DNA of 64,000 nt from Treponemataceae bacterium (lineage in GTDB: Bacteria > Spirochaetota > Spirochaetia > Treponematales > Rectinemataceae): assembly GCA_963678065.2 (NCBI GenBank), contig CAXXVZ010000005.1, positions 736,001 through 800,000 of the forward strand, read 5' to 3'. The notes under the pieces are model-generated. The model was not told the DNA's origin, searched no databases, and saw nothing but the letters and a program-made list of their open reading frames with translations. This document shows, piece after piece, positions 20,647 to 30,987 of this stretch. Made by a program: the position numbers and the translations under genes. Position 1 is the stretch's first letter, and the number at the start of each line of letters is the position of its first letter.

Positions 20647-21585
20647 CTATAAATAAGGACCCAAGAACTTATCTCCATTGAAATGAATCATGTGAGTTGG
20701 ATTATCAGAAACCCAAACTTCTGTTTCCCAAGCGATTTCTGATACATATTTTGCCATTACTTGTTTATTAGGGAAAGCAGTAACATATACCTTACTCATT
20801 TTTGAAGCTTTGAATAAACGATTCAATTCTATATGTCGCTTGCTATCAACAGGACCATGACTTGTTACAGATTCCACTAAAACCAACCATTTCTTTTGAG
20901 GAAGATAAAATATTACATCTGGCATTTTCCCATGCTGATCAACATCTATACCGATATTTTTAGCATTCGTTTTATCGAAATAGCCCCATTTATCTCCCGT
21001 ATCACCAATATAAATCAGTATTGCGTCATGCAAAAAACGTGGTGCGAATTGTTCAATAATATCCTTTATGAGATTGTTATGATCTCCAGGACTTAACCTA
21101 ATATTTGATATATTATCAAATATTACTGGAATCATTAACATTTTTCTTTCATTCGAATACCTTTCTGCCAAAAAACCAATATCTTTATGAAATTCATCTA
21201 AAGTAATAATATATTCGTATGATTTATAATTTTTTACAACACTAAGAGCAGCAGGGGATATTTGATATACTGCCTTAGGACTATTAACAGGTCGCTCTGG
21301 ATTGTCAGGGTTGTATAAAGCTATTCCTGCCTCTACAAGTTGATGCATGCTAAATCTACGAAATGTCTCTCTGGAATTGGGAGCATATTCCTTTTGGTAG
21401 TATTCTCTTGCATATTCCATCATCGGAGTTATTCCAATAAGTGGATCTTCAGCTTCTTCCCATTTTGAATTTTCTTTAATATTTAATAATGCTAACAAAC
21501 AAAGGGCTGTTCGCTCATTCTGTTGACCTTTAGGTACTTTCAGATCAGAGAGAATTTTCAATGCTTCCTTAATCTTTTCATTCAT
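20647..21585 (-). CDS. BsuBI/PstI-family type II restriction endonuclease
   Basis: YAPNSRETFRR, HGKMPDV, ESVTSHGP, WETEVW..HMIHFNG. Confidence 0.88.
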   Translation of the reverse strand: MNEKIKEALKILSDLKVPKGQQNERTALCLLALLNIKENSKWEEAEDPLIGITPMMEYAREYYQKEYAPNSRETFRRFSMHQLVEAGIALYNPDNPERPVNSPKAVYQISPAALSVVKNYKSYEYIITLDEFHKDIGFLAERYSNERKMLMIPVIFDNISNIRLSPGDHNNLIKDIIEQFAPRFLHDAILIYIGDTGDKWGYFDKTNAKNIGIDVDQHGKMPDVIFYLPQKKWLVLVESVTSHGPVDSKRHIELNRLFKASKMSKVYVTAFPNKQVMAKYVSEIAWETEVWVSDNPTHMIHFNGDKFLGPYL

Positions 21586-23062
21586 ATTCTTTCATCACCT
21601 TCATAAATATATCATCCAAATCCGTTTCGGCATTTTTGAAATATTCTATTCCCATATTTTCTATCTGCTCTTTCGTAGGATATTTTATATTTTTCAGATC
21701 AGTGGCATTGACTTGAGTATGTCCACTAAACTCTCTAAATTTTTTATCAAAATATTCAGTATTAAGGTATACATATAAACCACCAGCTAAATATTTATCA
21801 ATACCATGTTTATTCTTGTGAATAATATTAAGATGATTCTCTGCTGTAAAGTATTCGCCTTTTATATCATTATCTAGTAATAAAAAAGCCTTAATTCTTT
21901 TTTTTTCTTCTTTTGAGGAAAATCTTTTAACTAAAACATAACAACCATTTGTATATGCTATTTTTGATTTTTCATCATCAGTCAAAATGATAGAATTGGG
22001 CTTTTTAGAAACAACTGGCCATATTAACCCATTACCTTTAAAATGAATGGGATAAAGCAAGGGTATTGAATTACTAGAAAGACCACTAACCAATTTTTCT
22101 TTCATTCGAAAATCCACAATTGGACCAGTAGATATTTCTATTCCAAGTTCCATAAATTTGGTAAATATATTATTTTCTTTTTTTATTTTATCCGATACCA
22201 ATGCTGGTATGCGTATATATTTATCTTCATCATGACTATTTACAATCTTACTAAATTCAAAAAATGATTCTGAATAATCGTTTAATGATTTATCCTCAGA
22301 TGAGCTAATGCAAACATTGGGTGGTTGATCATTACCTTTCCGAAGAACAACTATAACATTTTCTTGTAATACTGATTCCTCTTTAAAAGCATCTCTTCGA
22401 GAATTAAAGGTATGTATTTGGATTATTTCTGTTTGTTTTAAAATAAATTTTCTGAATGGGAAAAAATACAACCCATTGCAAAAGCTTCTAGGAAGAATAG
22501 CAACAACAACTCCATTTTTTTGAAGTTGCAAAATGGAAACTGCCAAAAACGCCGAATAAAGATTTGCTGTCTCAACGCCAATATCTCTTAGTGATAAACG
22601 ATATTCAGAATTGCTATTGATTTTTTTATATGGAGGATTCATAATTATATGTGAATATTTTTTATTTAATCCCCAGCCGATATCATAAGCAGAATTTTTT
22701 ATAAAATCCGATTGGATAAGTTTTATTGAAATATTCGAATATTTTTTATACCTGTTTATAACACTATTCAAGTTTTGAATTATTGTTTTATCAAATTCAT
22801 ATGCATCAATATTGATACATCCGGAAAATGATGATTCAATTTTTTTTTCAAGAAAAGCAGAAAACAAAATTCCCAAACCAGCGCCAGGATCAAGTAATTC
22901 GATATTCCCTTCACTATGGCCGTATTTTATCAATAGTGCTGCCATAAAGTTTGCAATTTCTATTGGTGTTAAATATTGACCATATATAGCTTTGTGAGTT
23001 TTTTTTGTTGTAGAAATGCGCTGAGATCGTAAACTATCTAAATGCATCAGGGTATTCATCAC
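21578..23062 (-). CDS. N6-adenine DNA methyltransferase (BsuBI/PstI-like)
   Basis: GQYLTP, LDPGAGLG, NPPY, FSGHTQVNATDL. Confidence 0.88.
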   Translation of the reverse strand: MMNTLMHLDSLRSQRISTTKKTHKAIYGQYLTPIEIANFMAALLIKYGHSEGNIELLDPGAGLGILFSAFLEKKIESSFSGCINIDAYEFDKTIIQNLNSVINRYKKYSNISIKLIQSDFIKNSAYDIGWGLNKKYSHIIMNPPYKKINSNSEYRLSLRDIGVETANLYSAFLAVSILQLQKNGVVVAILPRSFCNGLYFFPFRKFILKQTEIIQIHTFNSRRDAFKEESVLQENVIVVLRKGNDQPPNVCISSSEDKSLNDYSESFFEFSKIVNSHDEDKYIRIPALVSDKIKKENNIFTKFMELGIEISTGPIVDFRMKEKLVSGLSSNSIPLLYPIHFKGNGLIWPVVSKKPNSIILTDDEKSKIAYTNGCYVLVKRFSSKEEKKRIKAFLLLDNDIKGEYFTAENHLNIIHKNKHGIDKYLAGGLYVYLNTEYFDKKFREFSGHTQVNATDLKNIKYPTKEQIENMGIEYFKNAETDLDDIFMKVMKEYE

Positions 23063-23119
23063 TTAGTAGTTTATTCTGAAATCTACTATAGTTCAACTGT
23101 AGCTGACATTATATAGCTA

Positions 23120-24871
23120 CCTGAAATCCCGGGAATAATTTAACCTACAAGACATTTTACGCATAGAACAGAAATAATTCCCACTATTATCACGACATAC
23201 ATAGTGACAGGTCCTTCAGGTGTAGGCATAATGTGTTTAACCTACACAAAGAGGGACTGCCATGTCATGCATAGTCCACCAGAAAGTCGGTCAGCACACC
23301 TACCTGTATGAGTCAGTCTCCTACCGTGATGAACGGGGTAAGCCACGGGCGCATCGGGTTCCCATCGGAAAAGTAGACCCGGAAACGGGACAGGAAATCT
23401 ACAAGCAGGAATACGTGTCGCGTATGGCAGCAGCGGGAACTCCGATCGCTGTCTATTCGCCACCACCGACTTTCACAGAACAGGATGTGCAAAAATCCTC
23501 AGTCCTGCATACCGGCATGGCCCTTTTGCTGAAGCAGTGTGCACAACAAACCGGACTTTCCGAAGTTTTGCGCGATGCATTCCCCCAGACACACGAACTT
23601 TTATTTGCACGTGCCTGCCACATCGTCTGCCGCGGGGAACCGTCCGCATATTGCGAGCAGTGGCTGGAAGACACCGACCTCACGGTTCCCGCCCGGCTCA
23701 GCTCGCAACGGATTTCGGATCTTGTGTCTTCACTGCCAGCATCCCAGGTTCTGCGGTTTTATCAGGCATGGGTCGCCACGCGCAGTGAACAGGAATATCT
23801 GGCGCTGGATATCACCAGCATCTCGTCGTATTCACAGCTCATCGACGATGTGGACTGGGGATACAATCGCGATCAGGAAAAACTGCCACAGGTGAATATC
23901 TGTCTGCTCACCGGGGAAGAGTCACACCTTCCCGTGCGCATGGTTGTCTATGACGGAAGCATCAAGGACGTGAACACTCTGAGAACGACGATGGCCGGTC
24001 TCACCGACGGTATCGGATCAAAGGTTCGCATCGTCACCGACAAGGGCTTCACCAGCAAACGGAATATCGAAGCCATGCTCGCGTTCGGGAATGTGGAGTT
24101 CATCATGGCCCTCCCGTTCACGCTCACCTTTGCGGAAAACCAGGTGCGCAGCGAGAAAAAGGATATCGCGGATATCCGGAATACCATGATGAGCGGCAGC
24201 GATGTCTTCTATGGCGTGACCAAGCGGCGTACATGGGGCACAACGGAGCTGTATACCCACATCTGCTATAACGAGGTGAAAGCGACTCGTGAACGGAACC
24301 ATCTGTATGGCTATGTCGCGAACCTGCGATCGCAGGCGCTGTGCGACCCGTGGAACGAGAAACTGAAAGCCGAGTTTGCAGAATATCTCATCATCAGAAA
24401 ATCGGAGAAGCGAGAGGATGGAGTCACGGTCAGTATCCGCCAGGATGTGGTGGACGAGCATCTGGCTCATGCCGGGTGGATGGTGTGCGTGAGCAATTCC
24501 GTGGATACCGTGCAGGAAGCGATCAGGATCTACCGGGCAAAGGATGTGGTGGAAAAAAGCTTTCTGCGCACCAAGAACAGCCTGGGTATCAACCGGCTAC
24601 GGGTACACTCCCAGCAAGCGATGGATGGAATGATGCTGGTAGCCTTCATCGCATTGATTCTCAACAGTCATATCCATCGGATCATGCTGGAGAAAAACCT
24701 GTACCGGAACATGAGCATGACGGATCTGGTGAAGACGATGGAGAAACTCAAGGTCATGGTCATCGGTGATACGCGAATCGATTTCCCTGCTACCAAGAAA
24801 CAAAAAGAGATTGCAGAGGCTTTCGGTCTCACGAGCCTTTCGGTAGGTTAAATAATAGGCGGGATTTCAGG
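23120..24871 (+). mobile_element. IS1634-family element
   Basis: IRs CCTGAAATCCCG/CGGGATTTCAGG; flanking TAGCTA duplicated. Confidence 0.85.
23262..24851 (+). CDS. IS1634-family transposase
   Basis: LDITSISSYS, WGYNRD..LPQVN, TDKGF, VEKSF. Confidence 0.88.
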   Translation: MSCIVHQKVGQHTYLYESVSYRDERGKPRAHRVPIGKVDPETGQEIYKQEYVSRMAAAGTPIAVYSPPPTFTEQDVQKSSVLHTGMALLLKQCAQQTGLSEVLRDAFPQTHELLFARACHIVCRGEPSAYCEQWLEDTDLTVPARLSSQRISDLVSSLPASQVLRFYQAWVATRSEQEYLALDITSISSYSQLIDDVDWGYNRDQEKLPQVNICLLTGEESHLPVRMVVYDGSIKDVNTLRTTMAGLTDGIGSKVRIVTDKGFTSKRNIEAMLAFGNVEFIMALPFTLTFAENQVRSEKKDIADIRNTMMSGSDVFYGVTKRRTWGTTELYTHICYNEVKATRERNHLYGYVANLRSQALCDPWNEKLKAEFAEYLIIRKSEKREDGVTVSIRQDVVDEHLAHAGWMVCVSNSVDTVQEAIRIYRAKDVVEKSFLRTKNSLGINRLRVHSQQAMDGMMLVAFIALILNSHIHRIMLEKNLYRNMSMTDLVKTMEKLKVMVIGDTRIDFPATKKQKEIAEAFGLTSLSVG

Positions 24872-24903
24872 TAGCTATTATATTTTTGTTGCCGGAGCAT
24901 TGC

Positions 24904-25044
24904 ACCTAACGTTTGCCTGCCTACGACGTTGTGGCGAGCATCGGCGAGCCACAATGTGCCTGAATGGAACGAGCGCATGCGAGTGAAATGAAGGCCGAAG
25001 AAGGAGCCGCAGGCGACTGATGAGCGTGGGCAGTGCTGTTATGT
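24904..25044 (-). repeat. attC site, subtype A
   Basis: Consensus repeat. Confidence 0.85.
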
Positions 25045-25754
25045 GCTGTGTTTTTGGGGCACACCCAGTTTCTTCTCTTCATTTCGATAATTCTTATTCC
25101 TTTACTCTTAACCCTTTGTCTTTGCTTTTCAATACTTTATTCTGATACATAAGTATTTTATTTCTCTATACCATAGCTATTTATATACTTTGACCTGGCC
25201 TCTTTTATTGTATCCTATTACCTATATATTTTATCCCTAACTTTATATTTATGGTTCGACTATTATAGTTCAGTACACGTTTTTCGATGTTTCCAATTCA
25301 AAAATCTATCATTGTTACTCATAAACCATATAGTACATAATACCACCCAATATTTTTCTCTACTTCAAAATCACTTTTTTTGGATTCACCTATTTCATGG
25401 GACATATCTCATGAGAAAAATAGCAGCACCTTAGAAAAGCGTTTTGAACTCTATGATTATCCCATATTCAAGAATCGTATCTTTTTTCTATACCATTTTT
25501 TGTACTGCACATACCAACAACACTGAATATAGCACTGATCCACAATTACTACAGGATTGTTTATTACTAACTCTTTCGTTTTTAGTACAACATGACTTAT
25601 GAATTTACCTTGTAGTCAATGGGGAATATCGCAATTCACTTTGTCCTACTAATGAAAGATTTAGTAACTCAATATCAGGAGATCCTATTTTTGAATACTC
25701 TGACGTCATTCAGGATCATACAGTTCAGTAAGAGATCCGCCCCAAAAACATTGC

Positions 25755-25854
25755 ACATAACGTTCGCCTGCCTACGATGTTGTGGCGAGCATCGGCGAGC
25801 CACAATGTGCCTGAGTGAAGCGAGCGCATGCGAGTGAAACGAAGGCCGAAGAAG
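25755..25854 (-). repeat. attC subtype A, truncated by IS21
   Basis: Repeat stops at ggccgaagaag where the IS21 IR begins. Confidence 0.8.
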
Positions 25855-25950
25855 TGGAAATGGTAAACTGAATTCCCCAGCAGTTGGCAAATAGGATTCC
25901 CCACCCACAGGGGCCTTGGCCGCTATGCTTGCGAGCATGCGGCACAAGAA

Positions 25951-27498
25951 ATGATTACCATGAAGGACTACAACATCGTACGAACAGGGCACAGGCAAGG
26001 ACTCACAGTCAGCGCACTAGCGGTAAAACTTGGCAAGGACCGCAAGACCGTGAGAAAGTACCTGCGCATGGACAATGACCAATTCTTACGGTATCTCGAG
26101 CGAATGGCAGAACGCGGTAAGGCTTTTTCGGTCTACAAGGACGAAATCCTCGAGATTTTTAAAAAGAACCACGAAGGCAGAATGGTCTACTCATCGTCCG
26201 TCCACGACTACTTAAGCGAGAAATACGGAGAGCTTCCAGGCTCGGACCGTACGTTGCGGAACTACCTGACGTATCTCAAGGCATCCGGTGCGATTAAGGT
26301 GGGCCTGTGTCGGGAATATCGTCCTGTGGAGCCTCTGGCCTACGGCAAGCAGGCTCAGATTGATTTCGGCGTAGAGACGACGAACATCGGAAAGGCTTGG
26401 TTTGTTGTCGTAGTACTCTCACGAAGCCGTTACCGCTACGTAGCGGCCCAATCCAGGCCCTTTACCAGCGAGGATGTGATCGGCCATCTCCTGGACGCCT
26501 TCGAGTTTTTTGGCGGTATCACCGAAGAACTCGTCATGGATCAGGACCGGACAATGATTGTGACGGAAAACCTTGGCGACCTCACGACGACAAAAGCCTT
26601 TGCTGAGTTCGTCGCAGAACAGGGACTGCGGCTTCGTGTCTGCCGTGCGGCCGATCCGGAATCGAAAGGAAAGGTCGAGAATGCGGTCAAATACGTCAAA
26701 ACGAGCTATTTCTCGAGCCGCAGCTTCGCGACCTTCGACGAACTCCAGGCAGGCATGCGCAAATGGCTCTTACGAGTGAACGCAAAACTGAGCCAAGCCA
26801 CGCGTCTCATGCCGCTCGCGGACTTCGAAGCGCACGAGAAACCCATCTTGCGGGCGCTCCGAGCGTCTATTTTCCGCGCGGACACCGCATCGGGCTGCCG
26901 AGAGAGCCGTAACGTGGATCAGAAAAGCCTTATATCGATCGCCGCGACCAGGTACTCGGTGCCGAACTCGTACCGGCTCAACGAGGTCACTATCGAGCGC
27001 AAGGACGGACTCATCCTGGTATTCGATACGAAGACGGGTATCCAGATCGCGGCGCATCGCGAAGCGGCAACACCCGGCGGAACGGTGCTGGACAAGGCTC
27101 ACTATCGCGATCGCGAAGGATCCCAGGAAACGCTCCGCGCGGATCTTGTCGCCGCAGTAGATGATCTTCCCGAGTGGGGGAGCTTCGTCGATGGTATCTA
27201 TACCGAGTATCGACGCTACTTCCGGGAGCACGCTGGCCGACTTCGGAAGCTTCTCAAGCGCAACATCGACAGAGAGAAACTCGTGCTTGCATTGAAGTTC
27301 TGCCTGGATAGAGGACTTGCAAGCGCCCAGGATCTCATCGACGCGGTCAACAGCACGACGCCAGTGCCCGCAGTGGCGCCTTCGCCGTACCGCGGCCTTC
27401 ATCAAACCAGAGACCTTCCACTAGTTGCCACACGCTCGGTCAGCGAGTATCAGCGATTCCTCGACGCGCTCGTCGATACGCAGAGGCACGAAGAATGA
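25951..27498 (+). CDS. istA: IS21 transposase IstA
   Basis: QAQIDFG, LSRSRY, ESKGKVE. Confidence 0.92.
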   Translation: MITMKDYNIVRTGHRQGLTVSALAVKLGKDRKTVRKYLRMDNDQFLRYLERMAERGKAFSVYKDEILEIFKKNHEGRMVYSSSVHDYLSEKYGELPGSDRTLRNYLTYLKASGAIKVGLCREYRPVEPLAYGKQAQIDFGVETTNIGKAWFVVVVLSRSRYRYVAAQSRPFTSEDVIGHLLDAFEFFGGITEELVMDQDRTMIVTENLGDLTTTKAFAEFVAEQGLRLRVCRAADPESKGKVENAVKYVKTSYFSSRSFATFDELQAGMRKWLLRVNAKLSQATRLMPLADFEAHEKPILRALRASIFRADTASGCRESRNVDQKSLISIAATRYSVPNSYRLNEVTIERKDGLILVFDTKTGIQIAAHREAATPGGTVLDKAHYRDREGSQETLRADLVAAVDDLPEWGSFVDGIYTEYRRYFREHAGRLRKLLKRNIDREKLVLALKFCLDRGLASAQDLIDAVNSTTPVPAVAPSPYRGLHQTRDLPLVATRSVSEYQRFLDALVDTQRHEE

Positions 27499-28235
27499 GC
27501 GCCCTCGCAGAATCCGCTCGTAAACTGGAGTCCCTGCGGCTTCGTGGCGCGTCGTCACGGCTTCCTGAGCTTCTTAAACAAGCTGAAAGCGGGGGACTGA
27601 CATGCCTTGCCTTCCTCGAGACCCTCGTGGACGTCGAACTACAGGATCGCGGCGACAGGCGCCTCAAACGAGGCCTCGCCATGGCCCATTTTCCCGTCGT
27701 AAAGCGCCTCGAGGATTTCAAACTCGGCCGAGTAGCAGGAATTGGAAAACGAGACCTCTCTGAGCTCACCGAGTGCTCTTGGATAGACCGTCACGAGAAC
27801 CTTCTGCTCTTCGGGCCTCCTGGACTCGGAAAGACCCATCTCGCAATCGCTCTTGGCCATGTGGCCGTACGCAAAGGCTATTCGGTTTGTTACGAGCGCA
27901 TGACCTCACTGGTGAAGCTCCTCGTGCGCTCTGACGCCGCACGCAGCGCTCAGTTCAGGCTAAGCCGGCTCGCGAAGGCCAACCTCATGATCATTGATGA
28001 GATTGGCTACACTCCTATCGAGCGCAAGGAAGCCAATCTCTTTTTCACCTTCGTCTCGGATCTCTATGAACGTGCCTCTATCGTCGTGACGAGCAACAAG
28101 GACCTGAACTCTTGGTCAGAACTCATGGGCGACGAGGTTATGACCGCAGCCCTGTTGGATCGTCTCATGCATCACGCAAAGATTTTCTCCCTGTCAGGGG
28201 AGTCATATCGCATCTCTGCAAAGAAGGAGGAATAA
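27495..28235 (+). CDS. istB: IS21 helper ATPase IstB
   Basis: GPPGLGKTHLA, IIDEIGY, LLDRLMHH. Confidence 0.93.
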   Translation: MSALAESARKLESLRLRGASSRLPELLKQAESGGLTCLAFLETLVDVELQDRGDRRLKRGLAMAHFPVVKRLEDFKLGRVAGIGKRDLSELTECSWIDRHENLLLFGPPGLGKTHLAIALGHVAVRKGYSVCYERMTSLVKLLVRSDAARSAQFRLSRLAKANLMIIDEIGYTPIERKEANLFFTFVSDLYERASIVVTSNKDLNSWSELMGDEVMTAALLDRLMHHAKIFSLSGESYRISAKKEE

Positions 28236-28296
28236 CCCTCTACCGGGTGGGGATTCCTAGTTGCCATATGGTGGGGAAAACTACTTGCCATTTCCA

Positions 28297-28363
28297 CAAA
28301 GCGAGTGTAGCGATGGCCGAAGAGGGAGCTTGCGACCGATGAGCGTGAACAGCGCTGTTAGTT
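28297..28363 (-). repeat. attC subtype C, partial (right of IS21)
   Basis: gaagagggagcttgcgaccgatgagcgtgaacagcgctgttagtt. Confidence 0.8.
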
Positions 28364-28488
28364 GCAGTCGTGACCTTCGAGCGCGCTTGGATGGGGAGAC
28401 TTGTCTCCTCATCCAATACTCTATCTTGCGCGCGTTCTTCTCTTCCTCTTCTCTTACCCTTATTTTTTCTTTCACGATTGCAACTAAC
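28357..28488. repeat. ORF-less structured cassette, copy 1
   Basis: 132 bp, near-identical to four other copies. Confidence 0.9.
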
Positions 28489-28621
28489 GTTTCCGGCCTG
28501 CGACGTTTTGGCCCGCATCGGCGGGACAAAATGTGCCTGAATGGAACGAGCGTATGCGAGTGGAATGAAGGCCGAAGAAGGAGCCGAAGGCGACTGATGA
28601 GTGTGGGCCGCGGTGTTATCT
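28482..28621 (-). repeat. attC site, subtype D
   Basis: aactaac gtttccggcc...gttatct. Confidence 0.85.
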
Positions 28622-28774
28622 GCTTTTCGCCCCCTCTTCAAACCTTTTTACCTTCTCTTCATCTTCCTCTTTTCTTCACCCTTTTACGTTTGTTTTTATC
28701 GTTATTCCCTATATGATTTTAGAGCCATTCCATAGTTTTCAAAATTCTATTCACACTATTTTTGTTATACTCTA

Positions 28775-30169
28775 GAGGCTTTTTCAAAACTTCGTAATCC
28801 GCTTTGTAAAAAAGCGAGTTATTGTAACTGAAGCTTCGTTTTTGCACAGTAAAAATTACATGTGCAGTAAAAAGGGCTCTCTTTTCAGTGCAAAAGATGG
28901 ACTACCCCTACAAAATCCGGTTCTGCCGGATTGCCCGGTTACGATTTCTGCAGTTCGGGAAGGATGAAGTACTGCAAAGCCTTGACGGCCGCCAGAACCA
29001 CTACCCCGCACATGAGCAGGAATGATACTTTCTCAAATCCCCGTACAAATATCTGACCCGGTATGAGCCAATCCTTCAAATGCGAGTTTGCACGTTCAAC
29101 CGTTGTCCTGATTGTGTACCGCTCCTTCTGTGACGGCGAAAATGGTTCCCGTTCCGTCCCACGACGCGTATTCCGATCAATCAGCGGAACACGCCCACGT
29201 CCCTGGATATAGGTCGCGATGGGATCCGCATCGTATGCAGCGTCCATGACTGAATACAGATGTCGGACCTTTTTCTCTGTTATCTTTTCCAGAGGAATCG
29301 CTACTTGCGAATCATGAACATTGGCGCCGGTTACGACTGCTGAAATAGGGAATCCTGTGTCGCTGACATCAAGGTGCAACTTGTATCCTTTCCATGTTTC
29401 CCTATTCCCCTGGCTGTTCTTCTTGCATCCCCATGCACAGTCTTTGGATAGTTCTGACAAGGATTTCCTGACGCTTTGGCCGACTTGCTTTTCTATCTGT
29501 GTCGGCTCCTTCACAGGCCGAACTTCTCCTTTTCGGGGACGACCTCGTTTCCGTTGCGGTGTCACGGAAGAAACAGCTTCACGTTTGGCAGGTACAGGTT
29601 TTTCTCGTGCTCGTATCTCCGTCGCATCCCGATTTATGTGTCCGACGATATGGCCGTCATGACAATCCTTCACCATGGTATTCAAAGTCTGAATCAGCGG
29701 AGTCTTTTTTGAAAACTCCGCGTAGCGACGCGAAAAGGTCGCAGAGCTTGGAACGGAGGTGAAGCCGCATATCCTCCGCAGATTCGGATCGTTGATCAGC
29801 CTGTTCCTAAGGTCCGTGACTGTCGCTATGTGGAATACCGTTCGGGCGAAAAACGCCCGCATGATCGGTTCGTTCCGATGTGGAGGACGGCCAGTCCGTG
29901 CACATGGTGATGTAATCCGTGGCTGAGCATCTTCAATGACTCTGAGCAGGGCGATAAAAAAGCGATGCTCGTCGGTGAGATATTCTTCGAAACATCGCTG
30001 GATATCGTAGGAAATCGGCAAAAGTATTTGCGCTCCGCCCAGTATTTCTGGTATGGTTTTCATCAGCGGGGGCTCCTCCTGGTGACGTTTGTGTTGCAAC
30101 ATCATCATACAGGTTCTGTCCCCGCTTTTCATTAAAATTCGTTCATCTCATGACTTTTGAAAGAGCCTC
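28775..30169 (-). mobile_element. 1395-bp DDE IS (IS5/IS1182-like or ISNCY), copy 1; transposase 28939-30132
   Basis: IRs GAGGCTTTTTCAAAA/TTTTGAAAGAGCCTC; TCTA duplication; DAT, GYKLH, MDAAYD, VERANS motifs. Confidence 0.88.
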
Positions 30170-30288
30170 TCTATACTTTTCTTATTCCATTTTTAACAAC
30201 TCTTTTCACGTTTTCTTACTTTTATAAATTTCGTATCATTATACTTTATCTCTTTTTAATATCAATAATTATTATCTATAATACCTAT

Positions 30289-30317
30289 TTGACAAACATG
30301 CCCATTATATTTATAAT
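30289..30317 (+). promoter_or_regulatory. Consensus sigma70 promoter, probably leaderless
   Basis: TTGACA-17-TATAAT-6 nt-ATG(30324). Confidence 0.85.
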
Positions 30318-30323
30318 ATAATT

Positions 30324-30614
30324 ATGATACCAATACGGTTTTCATGGGATGAAGCTAAAAATACGATCAACATCGCAAAACACAACATTTCATTTGATGA
30401 AGCTCAAACCGTATTCCATGATCCGTATGCCAGAATCATCTCTGATCCAGAACATTCAGATCAAGAAGATCGTTTCATACTGTTAGGTTTGAGTCAGAAG
30501 CTCAGACTTTTGATTGTCTGCCATTGTTATCGTTCCGATGACGACATCATCAGGATCATTTCTGCCAGAAAAGCATCAAAAACTGAATCAGTATATTATG
30601 GAGGACCGCTATGA
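30324..30614 (+). CDS. BrnT family toxin
   Basis: FSWDEAKN..KH.ISF..IRIISARKA. Confidence 0.9.
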   Translation: MIPIRFSWDEAKNTINIAKHNISFDEAQTVFHDPYARIISDPEHSDQEDRFILLGLSQKLRLLIVCHCYRSDDDIIRIISARKASKTESVYYGGPL

Positions 30615-30820
30615 AAACTGAATACGATTTTTCCCAATCAAAATCCAATCCCTATATAAAGAAACTCAGAAAACAGATCACCATCAGAATTGATATAGAG
30701 ACGATTGAGTATTTCAAGAAGCAGGCTGAAACCACAGGGATTCCCTATCAAAACCTGATAAATCTCTATCTGTATGATTGTGCTTCGAAATCTAAAAAAC
30801 TTGATCTTGCCTGGAAGTGA
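30611..30820 (+). CDS. BrnA-like antitoxin
   Basis: EYDFS..ITIRID..YFK..GIPYQNLIN. Confidence 0.88.
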   Translation: MKTEYDFSQSKSNPYIKKLRKQITIRIDIETIEYFKKQAETTGIPYQNLINLYLYDCASKSKKLDLAWK

Positions 30821-30846
30821 TTTTCTTCCTCTCGGGGGCGAATTGC

Positions 30847-30987
30847 AGATAACGTTCGCCTGCCTACGACGTTGTGGCGAGCATCGGCGAGCCACAATGT
30901 GCCTGAGCGGAATGAGCGACAGCGAGTGTAGCGATGGCCGAAGAAGGAGCAGCAGGCGACTGATGAGCGTGGGCAGCGCTGTTATAC
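30847..30987 (-). repeat. attC site, subtype A
   Basis: Consensus repeat. Confidence 0.85.

Larger units (their letters stand above)
25855..28296 (+). mobile_element. IS21-family element, copy 1 (2442 bp)
   Basis: TGGAAATGG..CCATTTCCA ends; istA and istB; no target duplication. Confidence 0.92.
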
